From Octopus sinensis (Eukaryota): DNA of 64,000 nt. The DNA lies in contig NC_043001.1 of the NCBI RefSeq assembly GCF_006345805.1, forward strand, positions 81,964,001 through 82,028,000. Direction: 5' to 3'. The translations under genes and the position numbers were made by a program. The notes beneath the pieces were generated by a model that was not told where the DNA came from, ran no database searches, and saw only the letters and a list, made by a program, of their open reading frames with translations. Positions 24,626 to 37,962 of the stretch are shown in pieces (position 1 is the first letter of the stretch; each line of letters begins with the position of its first letter).

Positions 24626-25073
24626 TATTTATTTATTGCCCACAAGGGGCTAAACATAGAAGGGACAAACAAGAACAGACAAAGGGATTAAGTCGATTAC
24701 ATCGAACCCAGTGCGCAACTGGTACTTTTTAAATCGACCTCGAAATGATGAAAGGTAAAGTCGACCTCGGCGGAATTTGAACTCTGAACATAAAGATGGA
24801 CGAAATACCACAAAGCATTTTGTCTGAGGTGCTAACGATTCTTATTTCTTTATTGCCCACAAGGGGCTAAACATAGAGGGGACAAACAAGAACAGACAAA
24901 TGGATTAAGTCGATTACATCGACCCCTGTGCGTAACTGGTACTTATTTAATCGACTCCCAAAAGGATGAAAGGCAAAGTCGACCTCGGCGGAATTTGAAC
25001 TTAGAACGTAGCGGCAGACGAAATACCGCTATATATTTCGCCTGGCGTGCTAACGATTCTGCCAGCTCGCCGC
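24626..25073 (-). mobile_element. SINE family B dimer
   Basis: Two Tx1-like-tailed units joined at AAGAAATAAG|AATCGTTAGC (about 24840). Confidence 0.85.
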
Positions 25074-25865
25074 CCGTTCAAGAACTATATTGGAGTCTCC
25101 ACCCAATGTCGATACAGCTAGCAATAATCCAGCAACTTGTGTCAGGTGTAGTGTGTGAGCAAAAACGATATGTGTCTTGAGACCACGAAGCGGGTTCAGG
25201 ATGATTCAATCATTAGTGACTGAGAATTGAAATGCGATACCCTTACGGGTAAAGAACGGAATCTAGTTTTAGGAGGTCGAAAGCTATCAGTTAGACATAT
25301 CGATGTCTCTTCTACAACAAATTTACGGTACGAACATTACTTGTTTTAGAATCTATAGAGAGGATCGCCAAAAGTAGAGATTTTGTTTTCTAACGTAAAA
25401 TTAACGATAAGTGATATTGACTTACACTTAGGAAAACATAGAGGCATTGTTATGGACCGTGCAAAACCTATGGTAGAATCTGTAAAACAACCGGCTGTTT
25501 TAGATTTTAATTTGTTTTTTTCAGAAAATTACTTGAGAATATCTGCTGGATACATGAATAGAGTGCCATTGGCTTATTTCCCAACAGAATCCTCACAGAT
25601 ATTTTCTAAGAATGGACACTGTGATGGAAGTAGTAACAAGATAATGACTTGTACGACTTATAATTTTGATAAATTTGGAAGGCCGTCGAAGTACAGCATG
25701 GTGATCATTCCGCCGGTTGGGAATTGGTTGGTTAAAGACTAGGAAATTATAGGAATCCAAAAATGGTTCTACGAATTCACAGTAAAGTCATTTCAGAAAA
25801 AAAAATATCCTTAGAAATACTTTTCTGTGAACCATATTCCCCACTCTTATATATATATATATATA

Positions 25866-25921
<56 letters not shown>

Positions 25922-25934
25922 ATATACATACATA

Positions 25935-27224
25935 CGAGGGGCGTTCAATAAGTAATGTCCCTGACCCACTTCCCATAGAAGTAGAGCAACGAAACTTGGC
26001 ACAGGTATTAGTCTTTTTCAGCATAGGAACAACCCAGAGTTACGCATTTCTCCCATCGTTTGATACAGCTCTGGAGACCGTTTTCATAGAAGACCCCAGC
26101 TTGGTCCGCCAACCACGACGTGACTTCAGAAATCAAGGCTGCATCATCTGGGAAACGCTTTCCTTTCAAAAACAACTTCATGGCTGGGAAGAGGTGAAAA
26201 TTAGAGGGTGCAAGGTCAGGAAAGTAGGGGGATGGGGGAAGTGTTCATAGCCGCACGCCTGTGCTTCTGATCTGGCGACACGCGAGTTGTGGACCGGAGC
26301 GTTGTCCTGCAAGAGGAGGATGCCTTTGGTGATCTTGCCTTGCCTCTTGGTTTTGATAGCTTCTCTTAATTTCCTCAAAAGTGAAGCATGATAGGCTCCT
26401 GTAATTGTGGTACCCTTTGCCAGGAAATCTGTCATCACTACTCCGTCCTGGTCCCAGAAGACTGTGAGCATGACCTTGCCAGCGGAGGGCTGCACCCTTG
26501 CCTACTCTGGAGGAGGTGAGTCACGGTGCTTCCACTGCATTGACTGGGCTTTGGTCTCTGGATCATGGTGAAGGACCCAGGTCTCATCCTGTGTAATCAG
26601 TCTTTTGAAAAATTTTGACTCATCTTCTTGGCACATCCCTAAATTCATCCTCGAGCACTCAACGCGTTCTTGCTTCAGGAAAAGTGTGAGCAACCTGGGA
26701 ATCCCTCTGGCAGACACCTTTTGCATATGCAAATGGTCATGAATGATAGTTTCCACAGACCCGGTACTAATCTTGACCTCATGGGCTATTTGGCGAATAG
26801 TTAGGCGTCCATCTTCCAAAATGGCAGCCTCAACTTGACGGACAGATGTCTCATCAATGGCAGAAGGGGTGCGACCAGATCTGGGAGCTGTTTCACAGAG
26901 TTCCGACCATGTTTGAATTCACGATGCCAGCGTTTTAAAAGGTCATATGATGGGGCATCATCACCATAAGTTATTTTCATTTCATCAAAAGTCTCCTGTG
27001 GTGTGCGTCATTTCAAATACAAAAAACCGGATCACTTCTCGACACTCAACAGGCTCCAGTTCCCACATGACTCATTTCAAACATGTAAATCAGAAACCAC
27101 TATTAGTTCGGAGCTGTAATTTGCCACTTAATCTATAGAGATATAAATAATTACACATGCAAAATCTCAGCTAGATCAATCAACGGCAAGTGGGTCAGAG
27201 GCATTACTTATTGAACGCCCCTCG
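25935..27224 (-). mobile_element. Full-length mariner transposon (irritans-like)
   Basis: 1290 bp; TIRs CGAGGGGCGTTCAATAAGTAATG..CTGACCCACTT; TA duplicated at 25933-34 and 27225-26. Confidence 0.95.
26008..27068 (-). pseudogene. Mariner transposase pseudogene (DD34D type)
   Basis: GIPRLL (WVPRLL-like), ITQDETW, SAGKVMLTVFWD, LLQDNAPVH, YFPDLAPSN; frameshifts and stops present. Confidence 0.9.
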
Positions 27225-27358
27225 TATATATGACTTAGCGGTTCGGCAAAAGGAACCGATAGGATAAGTACTAGGCTTACAAAGAAAAAGTCCTGGGGTC
27301 GATTTATTTGACGGTGCCCCAGTATGGCCACAGTCAAGTGACTGAAACAAGTAAAAGA

Positions 27359-27407
<49 letters not shown>

Positions 27408-27599
27408 GTTATCGTACAAGATTATACAAATATTTAGATATGCGCATATGATGTAGGCGTGTATACAAATACATGCACAAATATACACATTCAAAGGTAT
27501 ATATTTGTATACACGCTACATCATATGCGCATATCAAAATATTTGTATAATCTTATACGATAACATTTTATCAATGAAGTGACAAAATTGTTTCTAATT

Positions 27600-27667
<68 letters not shown>

Positions 27668-27949
27668 GCTCACATATATTTGTATACAAACTGAATCTCT
27701 CTTCACTAATGCACAAATTTGTATAATCCTTTTCGGTAAGAAGTTTTTATCAATGAATATCGTGACAAAATGTAAGACGCAGGAAATACGCCATTTTGAT
27801 TCACAGCTGTACCATAAATATGATGACATGTCAAGAAATATCCGATTCCTGAAATATCTACCTCACCATTCCATACATCAGGATAATGATAACAACATTA
27901 TTATGATTATTATTATCATTGTTATTGTTGTTGCTTCTACTGCTGTTGC

Positions 27950-27995
<46 letters not shown>

Positions 27996-29034
27996 ATTAT
28001 TATTATTATTATTATCACTTAAGTCAGTCACGCGTTACTCCGTCACCCGAAGTTTGTGTATTTTTGTTGAAATAATTTGTTTCTTGTTGAAATGTTTGGT
28101 TAAATAGTTTATTAAGAAACTCGCTTTACTAGGTGAAGTTTGGACTGCCAATTATACTCTACAAGTTATAATTGTTTTTATATTTATTTCGTACTTGTCC
28201 CCTCCTGAATCTTCAGCTGCAACAGTTCGGAAAACCATTGCATCAGGTTCGTTAGTATTAAATCATGGCGGTTGGAGACTTTCACAAGCGCCCAAATTGA
28301 AAGGATCTTCCACAATGTATAACAGGATACCGGCCATATATCTAGGGCAAAGCATTTCGGCGGGGTCGAGCTCTTAATTAAGACTGAAGCCCTTGCATGC
28401 AGCATTTAATGGCCGTCCTCTGCAGCGAGAAATTTGTTCTCTTCTCTGCTTGTTTTGGAAGAAGGTTGGCAAAGATAACTATAAGGGGCTTTATCAAAAT
28501 TATATCTTTTGTGGATCCGCGCATGCATAGTTTACGAGGGTTGTGATAATTTCCTGGATGTTGGAAGAGCGAAGTGGGAAAAGTAGATTGGGATCAGATG
28601 AGAGGTTCTTCGTATAAAGACCGACACGCAGACGATCCCAGACCTTATCTCCTCCCCCGAATGTGAGAGAACTGAGAGTAATTGCGGAGGCTGGCTTATC
28701 GAGAGGCCACGTACGTGGAACGACGGAACATCTCCAATTACCCTACTCACACAACCAAAACAGGAAAGGAAAAAAGAGGCCCGCCTTACTGTGGATGCTC
28801 GTCATTTCCTTTCGCAAAAACTTATGTTTGTGAAAAGAAATAAAAAAGGGTAAGTAAGAAAGGAGTATATTGATTAACAAGGAGGGATGGAGTTACGTTT
28901 AGAACACATTTGACTGTAATAAGAAAAGAAAAAGAAAATGAAGAAGGAGAAGAAGGAGAAGAAGGAGAAGAAGGAGAAGAAGAAGAGAAGAAGAGAAGAA
29001 GAAGAAGAAGAAGAAGAAGAAGAAGAAGAAGAAT

Positions 29035-29069
<35 letters not shown>

Positions 29070-30363
29070 AAGCAGTAGTTGCACCCCGTCCCACGAAATC
29101 TATAAGAGCCCAAAATGTTCGAAATTTTTAAGCTCCAAATCATATTTTGACATAGGTAACATAGTCTGATTTTATGATTACCCAGGTAGATCTTTAGACT
29201 CTCTATGCTAAAATGGTTCCTTGTCACTGTTCATCAGTAATAACATTGAGATTGCAGCAAAATATAAAAGGGCAGTCGTAGGCGCGTGCTTCTGGATCAG
29301 TAGCCCCTTAGGCTGCAAGAGATAAGGGTGGTCAGTATCGTGCTGATCACGACATATCTTGAAGCGAAGATAATTTTAATAAGCCAATAATTTATGTTCT
29401 ATGGTCTTTGTTATACCTGTATCTGTCTATGTTGTTCAGATACTTACTGGTGGCTGAGTTATTTTTCTTTGCTCGTTTTTGCTTGAATTATGCAAATTAT
29501 CTCGGCTATAAATGTGCTGTATTCTTTCTGTATAAATCTAAGTCCTTTGTATACTGGAGATAAGGGTCAGACAATTGTCACGTTTATGATGCCTATTAAG
29601 GCAGGAACATTTATCCACGACTTTCCACTTATCTCTAGACAACAATACTCTTCTTTCATGGCAAGTCAGTTTTGAAGAATACTTGATTATTGTGATTATT
29701 TCCCTTTATCATGTCGAGCTGCTCTTAACTGCTATTTTGTAATTATGATACATTCTTTAGAGGTGGTGTTAATTTTCATAACTCAAGAATTTATATTCAA
29801 TGACTTTTTGATCAACCTAGTTTTGTCTGGAATAGCAAGTGGTGTGTTAGCATAGAGCCAATGAGTGAAGTCGTAATAGTCCTATGTTGTTAGTACAACA
29901 AGGGACATGATCATAATTATGTTATGACAAATAAGTAATGGCATCATCGAGGTTTATCATAGACAGTGCCAGTGTGGTCACAACTTGAAGCCAACTAAAA
30001 TAATTAAAACCACAGATCGCAGTTGTTAAAAAACAAAAAACAAAAAACATTGATCTATCCTAAACACATCTAGCAAACAATATTTGTTCTACATTTCAAA
30101 TTACAGCCCAACCTTCAATCTCTCCAATTATGTATCCTACTTACAAGATGAGTAGTATACATCCGTGTGGACGCACTCCACAATACCATGACTGATAAAC
30201 AATATAATAGAGAGTGTTTGTTAGTCATTCACAAACTGATTATTAATAGAAATATGTTTCACAAAAAGCTATTGATTTTCTCTCGCTCTTTCTATCTCTT
30301 CTGATACCAACCTTGGAGTAAAGCTAAAATGTGAGGATGCTCGGCGCTCTTCTGCTTCTTCTT

Positions 30364-30425
<62 letters not shown>

Positions 30426-30455
30426 TATTATTATTATTATTATTATTATTGACTA

Positions 30456-30870
30456 AGGCGGCGAGCTGGCAGAAACGTTTAGCAGGCCGGGCGAAATGCG
30501 TAGCCGTATTTCGTCTGCCGTTACGTTCTGAGTTCAAATTCCGCCGAGGTCGACTTTGCCGTTCATCCTCTCGGGGTCGATTAAATAAATACTAGTTACT
30601 TACTGGGGTCGATATAATCGACTTAATCAGTTTGTCTGTCCTTGTTTGTCCTGTCTGTGTGTAGCCCCTTGTGGGTAATAAAGAAATAGGTATTTCGTCT
30701 GTGTTTACGTTCCGAGTTCAAATTCTATCGACGTCGACTTTGCCTTTCATCCTTTCGGGGTCGATACATTAAGTACCAGTTGCGTATTGAGGTCGCTCTA
30801 ATCGACTTGCACTCTACCCCAAAATTCCGGGCCTTGTGGCTAGAGTAGAATAGATTATAATTATTATTAT
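30456..30870 (+). mobile_element. SINE family B dimer (Tx1-like-tailed unit plus type-2 unit)
   Basis: Junction AAAGAAATAG|GTATTTCGTC near 30690. Confidence 0.85.
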
Positions 30871-30871
30871 T

Positions 30872-31319
30872 GAAGGAGAGAGCAGTGCATGCCATCAAAG
30901 TGACACTGGGGTAAAATATACGAAGCCCAGTAAAACCCATGATGAATAATTCTCTGATAAGAGTACACCAGGCACATGCATCACACCCATATGTGAGCGA
31001 CATAGTCATCTCATATCAAGATAAACGGAGCATGACCTTGCAGGTGGGGCCCAGTTAGAATTTTCTTCAGGTTGAGTAGTCCTTCCCGCTCAAAAGGTCC
31101 CTGAATAAGGGTTGTTTATGGATGTTTCCGAAGGTGAATTGTCGGAACCTCAAAGAAACCCTCTCAACGCATGGCTATGATGCTCCTCCACTACTTCTGC
31201 TCGTGATCAGAGATGCACATATCGTCAGCCACTAAGGGACATGCTCAACTAGTTAAGGAAGCAGCTGACAAGCAAATCTGGTATTGAGCAGAATATTTGC
31301 TGTAGCTCATCATTTATAC
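30872..31319 (-). mobile_element. Family D retroposon, truncated at its right (putative 5') end
   Basis: Homologous to 11580-12168 and flanked by (ATT)n. Confidence 0.85.
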
Positions 31320-31321
31320 GA

Positions 31322-31543
31322 ATTATTATTATTATTATTATTCAGTAGTTTTATTTTTATAGCGTGCTTTCACTTCACTACCGAGCGCAGCTCTGTGTGC
31401 CTTGGGTATGTGCTGTGATTTGTTGTGATGCTCTGATGGTTATTGTATGGAAAGTGTTCTGCGTAGGATGTGTGCAGTGCCTAGTAGTGCAATTTTCTGT
31501 ATGTTATATGCGTTTGTATATTATTATTATTATTATTATTATT

Positions 31544-31618
<75 letters not shown>

Positions 31619-31665
31619 ATTATTATTACTACTACTACTACTACTTATTTATTGCCCACAAGCGG

Positions 31666-31698
<33 letters not shown>

Positions 31699-31713
31699 TA
31701 CTACTACTACCAT

Positions 31714-31747
<34 letters not shown>

Positions 31748-32038
31748 GTCCGTCGTCGTCGTCATCATCATCATCATCGTCATTATTATTATTATTATTA
31801 TTATATTCAGTAGTTTTATTTTTATAGCGTGCTTTCACTTCACTACCGAGCGCAGCTCTGTGTGCCTTGGGTATGTGCTGTGATTTGTTGTGATGCTCTG
31901 ATGGTTATTGTATGGAAAGTGTTCTGCGTAGGATGTGTGTGCAGTGCCTAGTAGTGCAATTTTCTGTATGTTATATGCGTTTGTATATTATTATTATTAT
32001 ATTATTATTATTATTGTTGTTGTTGTTGTTGTTGTTGT

Positions 32039-32078
<40 letters not shown>

Positions 32079-32179
32079 GTTGTTATTATTATTACTACTA
32101 CTACTACTACTTATTTATTGCCCACAAGCGGCTACTACTACTACTACTATACTACTACTACTACTACTACTACTACCAT

Positions 32180-32213
<34 letters not shown>

Positions 32214-32244
32214 GTCGTCGTCGTCGTCATCATCATCATCATCG

Positions 32245-32286
<42 letters not shown>
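31322..32286. repeat. Tandem duplication of a ~470-bp unit (Dong end plus compound trinucleotide repeats)
   Basis: Non-repetitive parts nearly identical, with the same order of ATT/GTT/ACT/CAT/CGT tracts. Confidence 0.9.
31343..31519 (-). mobile_element. Dong/R4 LINE 3' end in (AAT)n (duplicated at 31808-31986)
   Basis: Minus strand encodes NAYNIQKIALLGTAHILRRTLSIQ*, then a short UTR ending AATAAAACTACTG(AAT)n. Confidence 0.8.
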
Positions 32287-32287
<1 letters not shown>

Positions 32288-32424
32288 GGTGGCTAGCTTC
32301 CAGAATCATTACCACGCTGAACAAAATGCTGAGCGGTATTTCGCCCGTCCCTACGTTCTGAGTTAAAATTCCGCAGAGGTCGACTTTGCCTTTCATCCTT
32401 TCGACCTCAATAAAATAAGTACCA

Positions 32425-33510
32425 GTTCTGCCTCAGTTTTTGTGAATAGCTTCAGGTCATCAATGAATAGCAAGTGGTTCAGTTTTCCCTTACCTCTTTC
32501 CAGATCATACCCCAACTTTGTTTTCTCTAGTATTTCACTCAAGGGGATCATTCCGAGCCCGAATATCAGTGGAGGGACACTGTCCCACTGAAAGATTCCC
32601 CTCTTAATTTTCATCTCTCCTAGCACTTACTTTCCTGCTGTCAATTCTTTTGTCCAGCATTTCATGCTATTCCATATAAGGCTTCTCATATTTTCTGCTA
32701 CTCCATACATTTCCATTGTTATTATTATCCAGGAGTGTGGTATCATATCGTGTGCTTTGCGATAGTCAATCCATGCCATGCTCAGGTTTGTATGTTTTCT
32801 CTTGCAGTTCCTGATAATTAGATTATCATTTAAGAGTTGACCCTTCGTTCCTTGGCTCCTTTTTCGGCACCCTTTCTGTTCAATGTGTAGCAGCCCACTT
32901 TTTATCCAAATATCTGTACAGTTCACCGGCCAAAGCACCTGACATTAGTTTCCACATTAGCAAAAGGCATGTTATTGGTCTAAAGTTGGATGCAACATTT
33001 TCCTTATCAGGATCCTTGGCACATAACAATGTCTTTCCCTTTTTCAACCAACTAGGTACTGCACCTTCCTGCAAGCACTCATTTAGCTGTTGTAATATCA
33101 TTTCATGGAGCCTTTTCAGCTTCTCCATCCAATAACCTTTCACCCCGTCCGGTCCTGGGCACTTCCAAGTTGGGAATTTCCTTAACTGCGTTTTTATATA
33201 ATTTCTCTTGTTATCTTTATGTCTTCTTGGACTTCTGTATTTCTTAACCTATATTGGACTTCATGCAGCCACTCCGCTTCATCATTATGCTCTACAGGTT
33301 GGTCCCGGATCCCTCTCCAGAACACCTAGCTTTCCTCTGCATCTGGTATCATTGTTACGTGTATTTGCCCATCTAGTTCCCGAAACAGTTTTTTCTGATT
33401 TGCTTTAAACAATCTGTTTTGCCAGAACTGTCTTTTTCTATAGTCATATCTTTCCAGTTTTGCTTTGGTTGCCACTGCTCTTTGTTTCAATTCTTCCAAT
33501 ATTATTTCAA
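32425..33510 (-). pseudogene. R4/Dong-clade LINE reverse transcriptase fragment
   Basis: [53 protein letters not shown] and NHLLFIDDLKLF motifs. Confidence 0.9.
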
Positions 33511-33906
33511 GAAAATACGACCAGTTTAACACTGGGGAATGTGTAATCAACTAGCTCCCAGCCCCCAAATTTTAGACTTTGCACTAAAATTTGAAACCAG
33601 TATCATCATTATTATTGCTGTTGTTGTTGTTGTGTTGTTGTTGTTGTTGCTGAGTTGTTAAGTGGATGAGCTGGCAGAATTGTTTGTACGCCGAACAAAA
33701 CGTTTAGCAGCATTTCGTCCGCCATTATATTCTGAATTCAAATTCTGCCAAGTTCGAATTTGCTTTGCATTCTTTCGGAATCGACGAAATAAGTACCAGT
33801 AGAACACTGGGGTCGACGTTATCGATAATCCCCCTCCCCTCAAAAATTGCTGCTGCTATACGAAAATTATAATTACTATTTATTTATTGAGTGAGATCTT
33901 ATCTCC

Positions 33907-34209
33907 GTGATCACCGTGACCGACCAGGCTATGAGATGTTGCTACACCTCGCTGGTCACAATGCGTTTCGCATTGTTTTAGCCTTCAAATGAGGCCACCC
34001 CGCTGGCTAAGCGAGCAGGCCAAGACAAGAAAGAGTGAGAGAAAGTTGTGGCGAAAGAGTACAGCAGGGATCGCCACCACCTCCTGCCGGAGCCTCGTGG
34101 AGCTTTAGGTGTTTTCGTTCAATAAACACTCACAACGCCCGGTCTGGAATCGAAACTGCGATCGTACGACCACAAGTTCGCTGCCCTAACCACTGGGCCA
34201 TTGCGCCTC
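33907..34209 (-). mobile_element. tRNA-derived SINE with a distinct body
   Basis: Minus-strand head GGCGCAATGGCCCAGTGGTTAGGGC...TTCGATTCCAGACCGGGCG. Confidence 0.75.
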
Positions 34210-34499
34210 TGAGTGACATCTTATAGATGCGTTAAATACTCCATGTATTGTTAATTACATAGTTGTAATTAAACCATTTTGAAACCGAATGAAGTAAACT
34301 AATAGAACAAAGAGTTTGATGTGGTCAATGTGGATGCCGTGTAATTTGTTAATTATGACACATTCTACACACAACTTCCTGACAAGCCTTTTGACAATCA
34401 CTATCATCGTAGTGAAAGATGATGATCTTTATAGAGAGGTGTGGGTGGTGGGAGGTACAGTGTATAATAATGATGACGGAGTGGCGTATAATGCCAGAG

Positions 34500-34544
<45 letters not shown>

Positions 34545-35724
34545 TATGAACATTTATATATTCACACTCAGACACACGCACATATAAGCAATACGTAATA
34601 CTGGACACATATAAATACATACACAGGCACACATGTGTGTGTGTGTGTGTATATATATATGTATATATATATGCATATATATGCCTTAAGCTTTTGTTAA
34701 ACACACACGCACACACATACACGCATACATACATATAGACGTACATACATATATACATAGGTACGTACATACATACATTCATACATACATATACACATAT
34801 ATAAACACATTCATATCCAAAAATACGTGCATACAAGTATACACTCATGTTCATAAATACTTACACACACACACCTACGCACTCACACACATAAACGGTC
34901 GCGTGCGCGCACTTTTACTCTAAACACACACACATCTTTGTATGAACTTGTATCATACATTTATACATACATTATAGTCCTACCAACTAAACATTAACTA
35001 AATATTTTATACCATTAACTAAACATTAGTACTAAAGATAATTACTGAAGCGATTGAAGTACGTGCAGTATAATAACTGGTGGTTACTTTACCGAATGAA
35101 GGTGCATTGCTCAGCGGTTTGAGTATCGGGCTGGCAATTATGAGGTAGTGAGTTCAATTCCCGGACTTGTACCTCGGAGTGGGGTGAACATTCTAGGTGC
35201 AATCCTATGGACATTCGTGACCAAAAGGGAACTTTATTTTACCGACTTCTTTGGGATAAAGAGACTTAAATTCCTTGGGTTAGAAGAACTAATTATATAG
35301 CAGGATAGAAAATCAGTCGAGGTCCTTCTGTTTTCTGTCAAGTTCACCAATGAAGGCGCATCATATAGGCGCGGGAGTGGCTGTGTGCTAAGTAGCTTGC
35401 TTACCGAGCACACGGTTCCAGGTTCAGTCCCACTGCGTGGCACCTTGGGGAATTGTCTTCTACTATAGTCTCGGGCCGACCAAAGCCTTGTGAGCGGGTT
35501 GTCACCTGATGTTGGGGAAGTTGAAGTCACACATCAAGAATATAGTAGTTCGTTGATCCTATTGTGCTAGTAGTTTTTTTTATTGCACTCAGGTTTTCCT
35601 CAAATTTTCCATCAGGATTTGAGGCATCAGGTATGTCATATGCATTCCTTAATTTTTTTTACCTATATGTGTGTGTGTATGTGTGTGTGTGTATGTGTGT
35701 GTGTGTATGTGTGTGTGTGTGTGT

Positions 35725-36025
35725 GAAGGGCGTATGGCAAATGGTTAGGGGGCTGCACTCATAATCGCTAGATCATGACTTCAATTCCTAGACCGGGTGG
35801 TGCGTTGTGTTCTTGAGCAAAACACCTCATCTCACGTTGCTCTACGATCACTTCGACACCTGACGCGTGGTACACAGTGCACTTGTTCAAACAACGTCGT
35901 TTTAATGGAGGGAGTGAGCTTATGTGCGTCACGAACATTTGATCACTATAAACAAATCATTTGTGCAAGTCGTTCGGCAGTAGCTGAACGCTCGCTCATA
36001 CGTCATCTTCGATGAGAGAGTTCAA

Positions 36026-36026
<1 letters not shown>
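35725..36026 (+). mobile_element. Family A-head SINE with an alternative tail
   Basis: Head plus core GTGTTCTTGAGCAAAACACC..CACGTTGCTC, then a unique body. Confidence 0.75.
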
Positions 36027-36027
<1 letters not shown>

Positions 36028-36076
<49 letters not shown>

Positions 36077-36099
36077 ACACACACATATATATATATGTG

Positions 36100-36196
<97 letters not shown>

Positions 36197-36202
36197 CATA
36201 TT

Positions 36203-36277
<75 letters not shown>

Positions 36278-36284
36278 ACATATT

Positions 36285-36320
<36 letters not shown>

Positions 36321-36360
36321 CTATATATATATATATATTATATATATATATATACATATT

Positions 36361-36391
<31 letters not shown>

Positions 36392-36392
36392 T

Positions 36393-36440
<48 letters not shown>

Positions 36441-36491
36441 CATATTATATATATATATATATATTATATATATATATTATATATACATATT

Positions 36492-36551
<60 letters not shown>
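36028..36551. repeat. Compound (CA)/(TATC)/(TC)/(TA) microsatellite
   Basis: Direct reading. Confidence 0.95.
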
Positions 36552-36554
<3 letters not shown>

Positions 36555-36559
36555 AGCTA

Positions 36560-37465
36560 GGACGAAAACGACCTGCCTCTAGCATGCTTGAGGTGCCGAT
36601 ACCTTCATCAAACTAGCAAAAGCACCAGCTACACATGGCTGAAAGCCAGCTAGTAAGAGAAAATTAAAAAGACCTCACATTAATTGTGAATTGGTTCCAA
36701 TTCTGGATTAAACCAAAAAATAAGCCTTCTTCCTTCGTCAATACACGGGGGGAAATATAAGTCGATTTTAAATCCTTTGGCACTTCAAGCATGCTGGAGA
36801 CAGGTCATTTCGCCCTTGATATAATTATATGCATATGTACATTATTATTAAGTTAATGTATTAATTTCCTAAAAAATTTTATAGCACGCTGACTACTTGA
36901 TAAAAATCATTAACGCGATTTTAATCCTAATATTCTTTTATGAATTAATAAAAAAATTTTAATAAAATAATTTAATTATTCTTACTCCTGACCGGAATAG
37001 CATTTACTGCTTGACTGTTATCATATACACGTTGACTGTCGTGAAGGAATTTAAAATCGACTTTCCTTGGATCTATACATACAAATATTTGTATGTAGAT
37101 GTGCGAACTTGCTCTGGACGGAATGTACAATTATTTGGACTTATATTTCCCGCCGTGTATTGTGTTGACGAAGGAAGAAGGTTTATCTTTTGCTTTGATC
37201 CAGAAATTGGAACCAATTCACAATTAACGTGAGGCCTTTTTAAAATTTTCTCCCACTAGCCCGCTCTCAGCCATGTGTGTATTTAGTTGGAGTTTTTGGC
37301 AGCTTTTTTTTAAGGTATCGACACTTCAAGCATGCTCCCTTGGTCTAATTATATACATGTGTACATTATTATTAATTTAAAGTATTAATTGCCGATAAAT
37401 TTTTATAGCATACTGACTACTTGATAAAAATCATTAACGTGATTTTTATCCTTATATTCTTTTAT
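36560..37465. repeat. A-B / inverted-A-B composite repeat
   Basis: Block A 36560-36815 has ~37-bp inverted ends and recurs reverse-complemented at 37044-37340; block B 36822-36942 recurs directly at 37345-37465. Confidence 0.8.
37159..37224 (+). ncRNA. Variant type I hammerhead motif (U3)
   Basis: ATTGTG / TTGACGA / aGGA..TCCa / GAAA / TTG-GAAC-CAA / TT / CACAAT. Confidence 0.55.
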
Positions 37466-37549
37466 ACACACACACACACACACAAATGTGTGCGTGTATG
37501 CATGTATGTAAGCATGTGTTTTTTTGTGTGCATGTCACATATACTCTCT

Positions 37550-37765
37550 CTTTTTACTTGTTTCAGTCATTTGACAGCGGCCATGCTGGAGCACCGCATT
37601 TAATCGAGCAAATCGACCCCAGGTCTTATTCTTTGTAAGCCTAGAACTTATTCTATCGGTCTCTTTTACCGAACCGCTAAGTTACGGGGACGTAAACACA
37701 CCAGCGTCGGTTGTCAAGCGATGTTGGGGGGGACAAACACAGACACACAAACATATACACACACG

Positions 37766-37800
<35 letters not shown>

Positions 37801-37962
37801 GACGAGCTTCTTTCAGTTTCCTTCTACCAAATCCACTCACATGGCTTTTTGGTCGGCTCGAGGCTATAGTAGAAGACACTTGCTCAAGGTACCACGCAGT
37901 GGGACTGAACCGGAACTATGTGGTTCGTAAGCAAGCTACTTACTACACAGCCACTCCTATGC
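37550..37962 (-). mobile_element. SINE family C, near full length
   Basis: Collinear consensus match including the head. Confidence 0.9.

Noticed and set aside
25383-25742. 119-aa non-repetitive ORF
   Set aside because: No motif I recognise, non-ATG start and no supporting exon context; would need a BLASTX search
28150-28800. GC-richer stretch that might be a decayed retroelement or exon
   Set aside because: No assignable protein motif in the frames shown
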